Made by a program: the position numbers and the translations under genes. A model generated the notes under the pieces. The model worked only from the letters and a program-made list of their open reading frames with translations, had not been told where the DNA came from and ran no database searches. 64,000 nt of DNA from Acidobacteriota bacterium (GTDB lineage: Bacteria; Acidobacteriota; UBA890; WLXD01), in contig CBDFKD010000002.1 of NCBI GenBank assembly GCA_965248695.1, positions 352,001 to 416,000 of the forward strand, given 5' to 3'. Below, piece by piece: positions 27,359 through 36,065 of the stretch. How positions within the stretch are numbered: the stretch's first letter is position 1; every line of letters starts with the position of its first letter.

Positions 27359-27410
27359 AGACAGGGTTCACTCAAGACAGATATCACTTAAGACATGCAT
27401 CACTAAGACG
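27351..27410 (+). repeat. Four imperfect 16-17-bp direct repeats, consensus TCACTYAAGACA
   Basis: Units start at 27351 (tcactcacagaca), 27368 (tcactcaagaca), 27384 (tcacttaagaca) and 27400 (tcactaagacg). Confidence 0.75.
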
Positions 27411-29508
27411 CTGGGGAATCGTGTGTCATGCCCACTCTCACACCAGCCCGCGGCGACAGGCGATTGGACAGCACGGTCTCTGCGACCAATACGAGCGCCG
27501 CCGCCACCAGCAGGTACCACCACAGCGATTGGCGTCCCTCGAGTTGGGTAGCCGTCGCCTGCTGTGGCCTGTTCGAGTCTACCTCGCCGCCTGTATCCCA
27601 AACGACTGCGGACGCCAGCTCCTCCTCGTCGAGCGCTCCCAGGTCGGCTTCCGAACGATCCAGGTTCACCGCCAGACTGCCAACACCGCCCGTCCAGGAG
27701 ACGCGGTGGAACCCTGGTCGGAGCCGCAGGCGATCGCCGGCGAGGCGCTCGACCGGCGCACCGGTCACCGAGACCACCTCGAGGCCATCGAGCGATTCAG
27801 CCGCGCGACCACCGCGCGCCGCTGTGGCGAGCTCCGCCAGGCTGAGTCCGCGGCCAGCGGTCAACCAGGCGTCCGTTTCGCGATACCCGGCCGCGTGCTT
27901 CGAGACCTCGTACAGCAACGGCAGAAACACCGGCTGCAACGGCAGGTCGGTCCAGAAAGTATCCAGAGAGCTGGTCCACACGAGCACCCGCCCTTCCCCG
28001 ATGCGCACCTCGACAAGCGCCGGCGAACCGTCGTCGTAGCGCGCCAAGACACCCTCGCCAGGCACCGGGTCGAGCAACCGATAACGGTAGAAGCGCGCCG
28101 CCGCCAGGTCGGCGCTGTCGGCGGATCGGAACACCTCGAAGATCGGATGATCGGAGTCGACGTACGCCAGCGTGGCGCCGAGATCACGGCTGCGATCGGC
28201 TTCCTCGCCCGACCCGAACGACAGCCATCCGATGCGTGTCGTCCCGCTCAGCTCTGCCAGGCCGAGCAAAACGCCGCCGCCGGCGCTGACGTACTCCTGC
28301 AGCGCGGCAACAGACCCGTTGTCGAGATCGCCAACGTCGTTCAGGATCACCAGGTCGTGGCGGTCAAGGCTCGTCGCCTGCAGGTCGCGAAGGGTCGCGC
28401 GCTCGACGCTGAACGGCGGCCGCGAGCCGATCCGTAAGGCGCGCTCGACATAGATCGCATCCGACTCGCTTGACGAGGCGTTCTGCACCAGCAACACCGA
28501 CAACGCTTGCGTCGGCGACGAGACGAAGTGGAACTCGTCGTCGCCCGCCAAGCCGTCGGACTCCACCCTCACGGTGCCGCGCAGCGTCTCCCCACCGTCA
28601 CCGAGCGCCTCGAACGCTACCCGTGCGGCGCCGCTTGGCGGCAAGCTGATCGTCTGCTCCTGCCGCTCGATGCCGTCCACCAGCAGCGAGACCGTTATCT
28701 CGCTCTCCGCCTCTCCACCTTGCCGAGTGATCCTGGCCGTCACCACCACACCATCGCGACCAGTACCGGCGTCAGCATCAGCATCCAGCCGTCGGCGCTC
28801 CAGCCCGATGCCGGCAACACCGATGTTGTGCGACGGAGCGTCGCTCAGGCTGATCGGGCGCAGCACCGTTCCCTGCGGCAGGTCGACGTCATCGTCCTCA
28901 CTCCACCCGACGCGTTGAAAGTCGCTGATCAACACAACCTCCCGGCCGGGCAGCGTGCTCGTGGCCAGGAGGCGCGCCGCGGCCCGTAATCCGGCCACGA
29001 TCCGCGTCGTCGATACCCCCGGCTGCGCACCCTGCAAGGCCGCCGTGATGGCGGCTCGATCGGGTGTCGATTCGACCGCGACTTCCGCGGTCTCGTCAAA
29101 GAACACCAGCGAGGCCAAATCACCTGCGACGAGACCTGCAGCCTCCCCGGCGACCGCGTCAAGTGCCCGCTCCCAGCGATCCTCATAGCCCATGCTCCAG
29201 CTCCGATCCAGCAAGATCACGATCTCGCGATCGCCGCGCGAGGCCGCCCCTGCGAGATCGACCCCGCCGAGAAAGGGCCGCGCGAACGCCAGAGCCAGGA
29301 GCAACAGGGCAGCGCAACGGGCGGCGAAGAGCAATCGGTGTCGCAGCTGCTGCCGCTGGACCGATCGGTACGGCACCCGCTCCAGGAACATCAGCGATGG
29401 GAACTCGACCGTGTCCGTTTTGGTGCGATTGCGGAGATGAACCCAGATCGGTATGGCGATCGCCGCCAGGCCGGCCAGAAAGGCGGGAACCAGAAAGGAC
29501 AGACCCAT
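27403..29508 (-). CDS. BatA N-terminal double-TM domain plus VWA domain membrane protein
   Basis: LAAIAIPIWVHL, FPSLMFL, LAFARP, MIDAS LDRSWSM, ISD, C-terminal TM LWWYLL..ETVLSNR. Confidence 0.88.
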   Translation of the reverse strand: MGLSFLVPAFLAGLAAIAIPIWVHLRNRTKTDTVEFPSLMFLERVPYRSVQRQQLRHRLLFAARCAALLLLALAFARPFLGGVDLAGAASRGDREIVILLDRSWSMGYEDRWERALDAVAGEAAGLVAGDLASLVFFDETAEVAVESTPDRAAITAALQGAQPGVSTTRIVAGLRAAARLLATSTLPGREVVLISDFQRVGWSEDDDVDLPQGTVLRPISLSDAPSHNIGVAGIGLERRRLDADADAGTGRDGVVVTARITRQGGEAESEITVSLLVDGIERQEQTISLPPSGAARVAFEALGDGGETLRGTVRVESDGLAGDDEFHFVSSPTQALSVLLVQNASSSESDAIYVERALRIGSRPPFSVERATLRDLQATSLDRHDLVILNDVGDLDNGSVAALQEYVSAGGGVLLGLAELSGTTRIGWLSFGSGEEADRSRDLGATLAYVDSDHPIFEVFRSADSADLAAARFYRYRLLDPVPGEGVLARYDDGSPALVEVRIGEGRVLVWTSSLDTFWTDLPLQPVFLPLLYEVSKHAAGYRETDAWLTAGRGLSLAELATAARGGRAAESLDGLEVVSVTGAPVERLAGDRLRLRPGFHRVSWTGGVGSLAVNLDRSEADLGALDEEELASAVVWDTGGEVDSNRPQQATATQLEGRQSLWWYLLVAAALVLVAETVLSNRLSPRAGVRVGMTHDSPAS

Positions 29509-30428
29509 CAGCGGTTCCGCGTCAGGTGATGGCGCATCGTCAGGTAGCTGAACAGCGCGTGATCGAGCGGTTGGCTGGTATCGAGCAGCGCGTAGTCGAT
29601 GCGGCGCTGGCCGAGGCTATTTCGCAACGCGCCGATATGCTCCGCCACCAGCTCACGGTAGCGCTCCCGCAGCCGATCCGGGATGACCGGCAGGCTCTCG
29701 CCGGTTTCCATGTCGACGTAGTTGGCCGACTCCTCGAATGGGAACTCGATCTCGGCTCGGTCGAGAACGTGGAACACGAGCATGTCGTTGCCCTTGTAGC
29801 CGAGGCGCTGAATGCTGTCGAGCACGGCTGCCGGGTCTTCGTACAGGTCGGAGATCAGCACGACGATGCCGCGCCGAGGCGACGCTTCGGCGAGCTTCCA
29901 CATTGGCCTCTCGAGCCCGCTGGCGCCGCCAGGCTCGAGCCCGGCGATGGTATGCAATATCAGATCCAGATGCTTGGCGGCCGGCGGAACATAGTCCACC
30001 ACATCGTCGTTGAAGCTCAGAAAGCCAACGCGATCCCGCTGCTTGCCGGCGAAATACAACAGGCAGGCAGCCAAATAGCGCCCGTAGTCGAGCTTGCTGA
30101 GTCCGGACTGGGAGAAACCCATCGAGCGCGACACATCGAGCATGACGGTGAAGTTGGCGTTCGAATCCGCTTCGAACTGCTTGATATAGAAACGATCCGT
30201 ACGGCCGTAGACGCGCCAGTCGATCATGCGAATGTCATCGCCGGGCATGTACTGGCGGTGCTCGGCAAAATCGACCGACAGCCCGCGGTAGGGCGAGCGG
30301 TGGAAGCCACCGATGAAGCCTTCGACGACCGTACGCGCCAGCAACGCGAGGTTATTGATACGTCCCAGCACCAGCGGATCGATGAAACTCGATCCCGGCC
30401 GCGCGTGGCTACGCGTATCGTTGGCCAT
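29508..30428 (-). CDS. DUF58 (VWA-like) MoxR partner protein
   Basis: GFHRSPYRGLSVDFAEHRQYMPGDDIRMIDW, LDVSRSM, LISD. Confidence 0.93.
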   Translation of the reverse strand: MANDTRSHARPGSSFIDPLVLGRINNLALLARTVVEGFIGGFHRSPYRGLSVDFAEHRQYMPGDDIRMIDWRVYGRTDRFYIKQFEADSNANFTVMLDVSRSMGFSQSGLSKLDYGRYLAACLLYFAGKQRDRVGFLSFNDDVVDYVPPAAKHLDLILHTIAGLEPGGASGLERPMWKLAEASPRRGIVVLISDLYEDPAAVLDSIQRLGYKGNDMLVFHVLDRAEIEFPFEESANYVDMETGESLPVIPDRLRERYRELVAEHIGALRNSLGQRRIDYALLDTSQPLDHALFSYLTMRHHLTRNR

Positions 30429-30479
30429 GGCCCGCACTGTGAGGATTCTGCAGCACTCGTGTCTGCCTCGCTGTTGCAG

Positions 30480-31583
30480 CTACATGCTCGACCCGGGGAC
30501 CGGCACGGCGTCGAGCAGCTGTTCGACGATGTCGCCCGAGCCCACGCGCTCCGACTCGGCGTGGAAGTTGGTCAGGATACGGTGCCGCAGAACCGGCTTG
30601 GCGAGAGCGCGGATGTCGTCGAAGTCGACCGCATAGCGGCCGGTCATCAACGCCCGGGCCTTGCCACCGAGGATCAGATACTGGGCGGCGCGGACGCTGG
30701 CGCCGTAATCCACCCACTTACGGATGAACTCAGGTCCGTCGTCGGAGGGACGGCTAGCGCGCACCAGGTCGACGGCGTATCGCATGACGGCTTCGGCGAC
30801 CGGCACGCGGCGAACCAGCCGTTGGAAGGCGACGATCTCGGCTCCACTGACAACGGGCTCGAGCTCGATGTCCTGCTGCGAAGTCGTCGCCAGCACCACC
30901 TGCAGCTCTTCGTCGAGCGGCAGGTGCTCAATGATGATGTCGAACATGAAACGGTCCAGCTGAGCTTCTGGGAGTGGATAGGTGCCCTCTAGCTCGATCG
31001 GATTCTGCGTCGCGAAGACGAAAAAGGGCTCCTCCAGCTCGTACGTGGTCCCCTGGACGGTGACGCGATGCTCTTGCATCGCCTCCAGCAGCGCCGCCTG
31101 GGTCTTGGGAGGCGTCCGGTTGATCTCGTCAGCCAGGACGATGTTGGCGAAGATGGGCCCGGGAGCAAAAACGAGCGTGCGGCGCCCGGTCTCCGGGTCC
31201 TCCTGCACCAGGTCGGTACCGGTGATATCGGACGGCATCAGATCAGGAGTGAACTGGACGCGCGAGAACTTGAGATCCAGCACGTCGGCGATGGTCTGCA
31301 CGAGCAGGGTCTTTGCGAGCCCCGGGACACCAGTGATGATGCTGTTGCCGCCCACGAGCAGCGACATCAACACCTGCTCGACCACGGCGTCTTGCCCGAT
31401 GATCACCTTGCGCAGCTGATCGAGCACCTGCAAACGAGCCTCCCGCAGGCGATCTGCCAGAGCGATGTCGTCGGCCGCTGATAGCTCGTTTGTCGGGTCG
31501 CTGCTTTTCGACTCCGGTTCGACGTCGATCTCCGGGTCGACGACGATAGGCGCGGATTCCGCGACTTCTTCGGGTTCGCTCAT
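30480..31583 (-). CDS. moxR: MoxR-family AAA+ ATPase
   Basis: GVPGLAKT (Walker A), RVQFTPDLMPSDITG, LADEINRTPPKTQAALLEAM, ATQNPIELEGTYPLPEAQLDRF; start ATG 31583 with AGGA upstream. Confidence 0.95.
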   Translation of the reverse strand: MSEPEEVAESAPIVVDPEIDVEPESKSSDPTNELSAADDIALADRLREARLQVLDQLRKVIIGQDAVVEQVLMSLLVGGNSIITGVPGLAKTLLVQTIADVLDLKFSRVQFTPDLMPSDITGTDLVQEDPETGRRTLVFAPGPIFANIVLADEINRTPPKTQAALLEAMQEHRVTVQGTTYELEEPFFVFATQNPIELEGTYPLPEAQLDRFMFDIIIEHLPLDEELQVVLATTSQQDIELEPVVSGAEIVAFQRLVRRVPVAEAVMRYAVDLVRASRPSDDGPEFIRKWVDYGASVRAAQYLILGGKARALMTGRYAVDFDDIRALAKPVLRHRILTNFHAESERVGSGDIVEQLLDAVPVPGSSM

Positions 31584-31597
31584 GAATTTTCCTGTTC

Positions 31598-32428
31598 TCA
31601 GTGGAGCATTGAGTACATGACGTAGTTGACGCCCAGCTTGAACGCGTCGTTCGTCAAGTCGATCTCGAGATAGGGGCTTCCGGCAAACTCCCAGTACTCG
31701 CCGATGTCGTTGTCGTAGTTGACGATCATCATCAGGCGCTTGTCCGGGTCGTTGTCTTCGAAAAGCCCGAAGTAGCGTGGCGAACCGCCACCCTGGTACC
31801 CGGAGTACTGGCCACCGCCGAAATACAGGTCGTCGATATCGAAGAAGGCGTGGAAGACCGGATGGCTGGCGGCGAGCTCGACGAAGTCGCCCCCGGGAAT
31901 CACCTTCTGCATCTCGTCCTGAAAGTTGTACCAGTGGTAGCCAACGAAGTCGTCGACCACCACGAAGCCTCCCTTGAGCATGTAGTTGCGCAGGTTCTCG
32001 GCCTCGGCTGCGGTCAGGGTGAGGAACCCCACCTCGCACATGTAGGTCCACGGATACCGAAATAGCTCGGGCTCGTCGAGTCCGACGATGTTGCCGTTGT
32101 CCTGATTCGCAGACATACCGGTGACCAGATCGAGGATCTCGGCCAGACGACGGTCGGCACGCGGATAGTCGTGGTTCCACTTGAGGTCCAGGCCCCATTC
32201 GTAACGTCCCGGACGCCACTGCGACGGGTTGAACTTCACGCGCGCAAAGCTGAAGCGACCGTCATACTCCGCGTTCTGGTACTCGACCTCGGGAGCGGGG
32301 CCCGTGTTCCCCCTCCTCCTGGAGCCCCATTGCGCGCTTGCAGCAGCGAGGGCGGCGGACGCCACCAGGCAGCCGATGGCCACGGCGCTCACCGTCGCGG
32401 TGATCGTCCCGGCGCGCGTGCGGCTCAT
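31598..32428 (-). CDS. Exported DUF4159-domain protein
   Basis: Signal peptide; WNHDYPRAD, LFRYP, YMLKGGFVVVDDF, HPVFHAFFDI, NDIGEYWE, GVNYVMY. Confidence 0.85.
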   Translation of the reverse strand: MSRTRAGTITATVSAVAIGCLVASAALAAASAQWGSRRRGNTGPAPEVEYQNAEYDGRFSFARVKFNPSQWRPGRYEWGLDLKWNHDYPRADRRLAEILDLVTGMSANQDNGNIVGLDEPELFRYPWTYMCEVGFLTLTAAEAENLRNYMLKGGFVVVDDFVGYHWYNFQDEMQKVIPGGDFVELAASHPVFHAFFDIDDLYFGGGQYSGYQGGGSPRYFGLFEDNDPDKRLMMIVNYDNDIGEYWEFAGSPYLEIDLTNDAFKLGVNYVMYSMLH

Positions 32429-35070
32429 GTTCCCTCCCGTGCACGTATCGCCAACAGCAACTCCTGCGCTTCCCGGTAGCCGGGCGCGAGCTCCAGAGCC
32501 GCGACGACCGCGCGGCGCGCGGCGCGGGTATCACCGCGTCGATCGTGCGCAAAGGCCAGCCGATACAGCGCCGACGCTCGATCGACCGGCGCCAGCGCCA
32601 CCACCGCGGCGCGCTCCTGCACCGCAGCGCCCCATTGTTCCAGACTCTCGCGTGCCAGAGCCAACTGCTCATGGCGCGAGATATCCCAAGGGTCGATGAA
32701 CATCGATCGCTGCAGGTAGTCCGATGCCTCGTGCGAACGCCCGGCCTGCTCGAGCAGATCCGCAACCTTCAAGTACGCTGGCAGTAGCGTTTCATTGAGC
32801 GACAGCAGAGTTCGCAGCTCGGTCACCGCTGCAGTCAAGTCGCCGCGCGCCTCGTGGATCCTCGCCAGATGCACGTACGCACTGTCGGCACCGGCGTAGC
32901 CGGGGAAGAGCTGTTTGGCGCGCTCGAGGTACTCGATTGCCTCCTCGCTGTTCTGTTGCGCGAGCGCTGTACCGGCCGAGAGCTGAGCGATGAAGTCCGA
33001 CTCGTCGGCATCGGCGAGCGCCTTCAGATCTGGCGCCGCCACCGTCGGGCGGCGCTCCGTCGGAGCGCGCTTGGCCGCCGCGTCGAGCGCTCGCAACGGT
33101 CCTCGGTAGCGTGCCCGGAGGTACTCGTCGAAGCGGTTGTCCAGGTCGTCGGGCTCGAGGCCGAGTCCGATGCGAATCGCCTCCGCGCCCGTGTACCCGT
33201 CGCGATACGCGTCGAGCAGCGCCAGGATCGCATCGAAGCCATGATCCTCCTCGATCAGCTCGCACACCAGCGACGCTTGCAGGTAGGAGTGCGACAGGTG
33301 CTCCCGGTACCGTGGGCGCGCGAACCCCTCGTTGATCTTACTCACCGGGAGCAGCTGTCCACGCAGGAACGCCAGCAGGAATCCTGGGGTGGCATCATCG
33401 CCCCACGCCTCACGGGCGCGCCGTTCCTCGTAGACCGACAACCCCTCGCTCAACCAACGCGGGACTCGAGAGTCGGTCACCCCGAGCGTTACGACGTGGG
33501 CGATCTCGTGCCAGAGAGTCGAGCCCCAATTGAACAGCCCCATGCCTGGTGTGAGCGGGGCATCCACCGCGACTACCGGACCGAACGCCACCCCGAGCGC
33601 CCCGAGGCCCGCCAGTCCCAGCGTGCGAACAGAGAAGTCCGCGTGCCGGTCGTAGACCTCAATGCGCACCGGAGCCTCGGGTCTGTAGCCGTACTTGGCG
33701 CTCAGCGACTCGTAGGCCTCCTCGGCCAGGGGGCTCATGTACAGCGACAACAGATCGGCGCGGTCGCGATGGATCATCAACCGGAAGCTATCCGTCTCCA
33801 CGGTCCGGTATTCCGCGAACGTGTCGAGCAAGTCCAGCGTGTTCTTGATCCACACGTTGAACGGATCGCCCTCGAATGCCCCTTCGAGACGAGTTCGAGC
33901 TTCTTCGATTCGTCCGATGCGCATCAGATTGATGCCCATGGTGCCGTGGGCGGCCCATAGCGTGGGGTCGATCTCCGTCGCCCGCCGCGCCAGCTCGACC
34001 GAAGCTGCGTACAGACGGTTCTGCACCGCAAGCTCGGCCGCCACAGCGAACAGCTCGCCGTAGTTGGGATCGCGCGACAGAGCCCTGGCGGCGACCGCTT
34101 CGAAGGCCTCGATCTCACCACGCAGGAAGTGGAGCGAGGCCTTCAGCGAGAGCACCTCCATAGAACCGGGGTTGAACGCCAGAGCGCGCTCCACTTCGAC
34201 GCCGGCCGCGTCGTGCGACTCGGCCGCCATCAACAGCCGCGCCCGCAACGCACGCGCCGCGACGAGCTCCGGGTTGAGCTCGAGCGCACGATCGACCTGC
34301 GCCATAGCCTCCGACGATCCGTTGAAATGCGACCGACGGGCAGCGGCCAGGTGAGCTCCCGCGTGACCGGGATTGAACCGCAATACCTCATCGATCAGCG
34401 CCCCGGCCTCGGCGCCGTCGTACTTCGCCAGAAACAGCTCCGCGAGGCGCAGACGCGGCTCCGAGCCCTCCGGGTCGGCTGCAATGGCCTCGTCCAAGGC
34501 CCGCACGGCGTCATGGAACAGGTCCGGGTCGTCGCGCCCGAGGTAGGTGCAAGCAGTCCCAATCGCAGTGAGCTGTTCCGCGTCGAGGGTCGCGGTCGAG
34601 TTGTAGACGTCGATGAACCGGTTGAAGCGACGGTTGGCGGATTCCCGGTCACCGTTCTCGAACTCGAGAACCGCGAGGTTGAGCTCCGCAACCAGCGCGT
34701 CGGCAGCATCCTGCTCGATCGAGGCCTGAAACAGAGCTCGCGCCTCCTCGATCTGTCCACGGGCGTAGAGCAGCTCTCCCCAGCGGTTGGCGATCGCGGC
34801 CGCGTTCCCGGCGGTGCTGAACGCGCGCGCCGCGGCCTCGGCGCGCACGGATTGTCCAGTCACGCGCAAAGCCTGGATCAGCGCCCGTACCTGAGAGACT
34901 GAGGCATCGCCTCGCTCCAGCGCGGACTGCCACACGGCGATCGCCTCCTCGTAGCGGCCGCTTCGCAAGGCCGTCAGCGCCGCCTCGTCCTGGCTCACCG
35001 CTCGGGGCACGTTGGCGCTCGCTGCGCCGACCAGAGTCACGCATGCCAGCACCACCCTAAGCCGTCTCAC
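32425..35070 (-). CDS. Exported TPR protein with central gluzincin (peptidase MA-like) domain
   Basis: Signal peptide, many TPR-like helices, TLWHEIAHVV (HExxH) followed by PRWLSEGLSVYEE. Confidence 0.87.
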   Translation of the reverse strand: MRRLRVVLACVTLVGAASANVPRAVSQDEAALTALRSGRYEEAIAVWQSALERGDASVSQVRALIQALRVTGQSVRAEAAARAFSTAGNAAAIANRWGELLYARGQIEEARALFQASIEQDAADALVAELNLAVLEFENGDRESANRRFNRFIDVYNSTATLDAEQLTAIGTACTYLGRDDPDLFHDAVRALDEAIAADPEGSEPRLRLAELFLAKYDGAEAGALIDEVLRFNPGHAGAHLAAARRSHFNGSSEAMAQVDRALELNPELVAARALRARLLMAAESHDAAGVEVERALAFNPGSMEVLSLKASLHFLRGEIEAFEAVAARALSRDPNYGELFAVAAELAVQNRLYAASVELARRATEIDPTLWAAHGTMGINLMRIGRIEEARTRLEGAFEGDPFNVWIKNTLDLLDTFAEYRTVETDSFRLMIHRDRADLLSLYMSPLAEEAYESLSAKYGYRPEAPVRIEVYDRHADFSVRTLGLAGLGALGVAFGPVVAVDAPLTPGMGLFNWGSTLWHEIAHVVTLGVTDSRVPRWLSEGLSVYEERRAREAWGDDATPGFLLAFLRGQLLPVSKINEGFARPRYREHLSHSYLQASLVCELIEEDHGFDAILALLDAYRDGYTGAEAIRIGLGLEPDDLDNRFDEYLRARYRGPLRALDAAAKRAPTERRPTVAAPDLKALADADESDFIAQLSAGTALAQQNSEEAIEYLERAKQLFPGYAGADSAYVHLARIHEARGDLTAAVTELRTLLSLNETLLPAYLKVADLLEQAGRSHEASDYLQRSMFIDPWDISRHEQLALARESLEQWGAAVQERAAVVALAPVDRASALYRLAFAHDRRGDTRAARRAVVAALELAPGYREAQELLLAIRAREGT

Positions 35071-36065
35071 TGGCTTACCTCGGTGCGCGCGCGGATTGCC
35101 ACGTCGATCTCGGCGATCCGCACCAAGAGGTCCTCGAGCTGCGCCAGATAGTCGTCCTCCGACAGGTCGGACTTGGAGGCGCGAAGCCGATCGAGTGCCG
35201 CCTGCTGCTCACCTCGGTCGACCAACATCGCCCGCAACTGCTCGTCATCGGCAGCTCCCGCACGACGGGCAGCGCTCTGGACGCCTCCGAGGATGAAGCT
35301 GCGCGCCAGCACGCCGTCGGCTTCACCGACCTCCGGAGTCTCGGTGCCGTTGCCGTCACCGTCATCGTCGAGCAGAGCGTTCTCGGTGCGCAGCGTCCCC
35401 TCCAGCTCATAGGCACGTGCCACCTCTGTCCGCGCATAGACGAACGACTCCAGCAACGACACTCCCTGGTCCTTGTCGGTATCGGCAACGTCGGAGCTCA
35501 ACGCGTCAACGAAGAACTGTCCGAACAACGGCTCCTCCCGCTGGCGGGCGCGCGTCGCCGTCACCACGACGCGGCGCGGACCTGCCAGTGTCAGGAACCC
35601 TCCGGACGCGCTCGCCGTGTTGACGAATCCGACGCGTGCGGTCAGCTGATCGAGAAGCGACTCGAACTCCGCCGGCCCCATGTCCGGTCCTGGGAGCGCG
35701 AAGCGACCACCCTCACCCTGCGTGCTGCCGTGCCCGATGAGCACGATCAACACCTGGTCGTCGGGGCCGGTGCGCGCCGCGAAGTCGGCTATGGCGGCGC
35801 TTATCTGCTCGCGGGTGGACCGCGCCACGGCTCGTCCTTCCGCAAGCTCGACACGCTCTGCGAGGTAGGTGATCTGCTCGGCCGGGATCGCGAAGCGCTC
35901 CTGCGCCGCATCGATCAGCTGCAACGAGCGGTCAACGAACTTCTGGCGATGGGCCGCGTCTCCACCCACCCCGCTGACCACGAGCAGCAGGGTGTCCTGA
36001 GCCGTCGCCACGACAGGCCACAGGCCGCCGGCGAGCACCGTCATCGCCAGCGCGGCCCGCCTCAA
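35067..36065 (-). CDS. Exported protein with caspase/legumain (clan CD)-like fold and C-terminal coiled coil
   Basis: TTG start overlapping the upstream TGA; signal peptide; VLIGHGS and FVNTASASGGF, RVVVTAT, FGQFF. Confidence 0.72.
   Translation of the reverse strand: MRRAALAMTVLAGGLWPVVATAQDTLLLVVSGVGGDAAHRQKFVDRSLQLIDAAQERFAIPAEQITYLAERVELAEGRAVARSTREQISAAIADFAARTGPDDQVLIVLIGHGSTQGEGGRFALPGPDMGPAEFESLLDQLTARVGFVNTASASGGFLTLAGPRRVVVTATRARQREEPLFGQFFVDALSSDVADTDKDQGVSLLESFVYARTEVARAYELEGTLRTENALLDDDGDGNGTETPEVGEADGVLARSFILGGVQSAARRAGAADDEQLRAMLVDRGEQQAALDRLRASKSDLSEDDYLAQLEDLLVRIAEIDVAIRARTEVSQ

Noticed and set aside
31584-32219. 212-aa N-terminal extension of MoxR given by the ORF track
   Set aside because: It overlaps the DUF4159 gene in another frame; ATG 31583 has an SD and gives a normal-sized MoxR.
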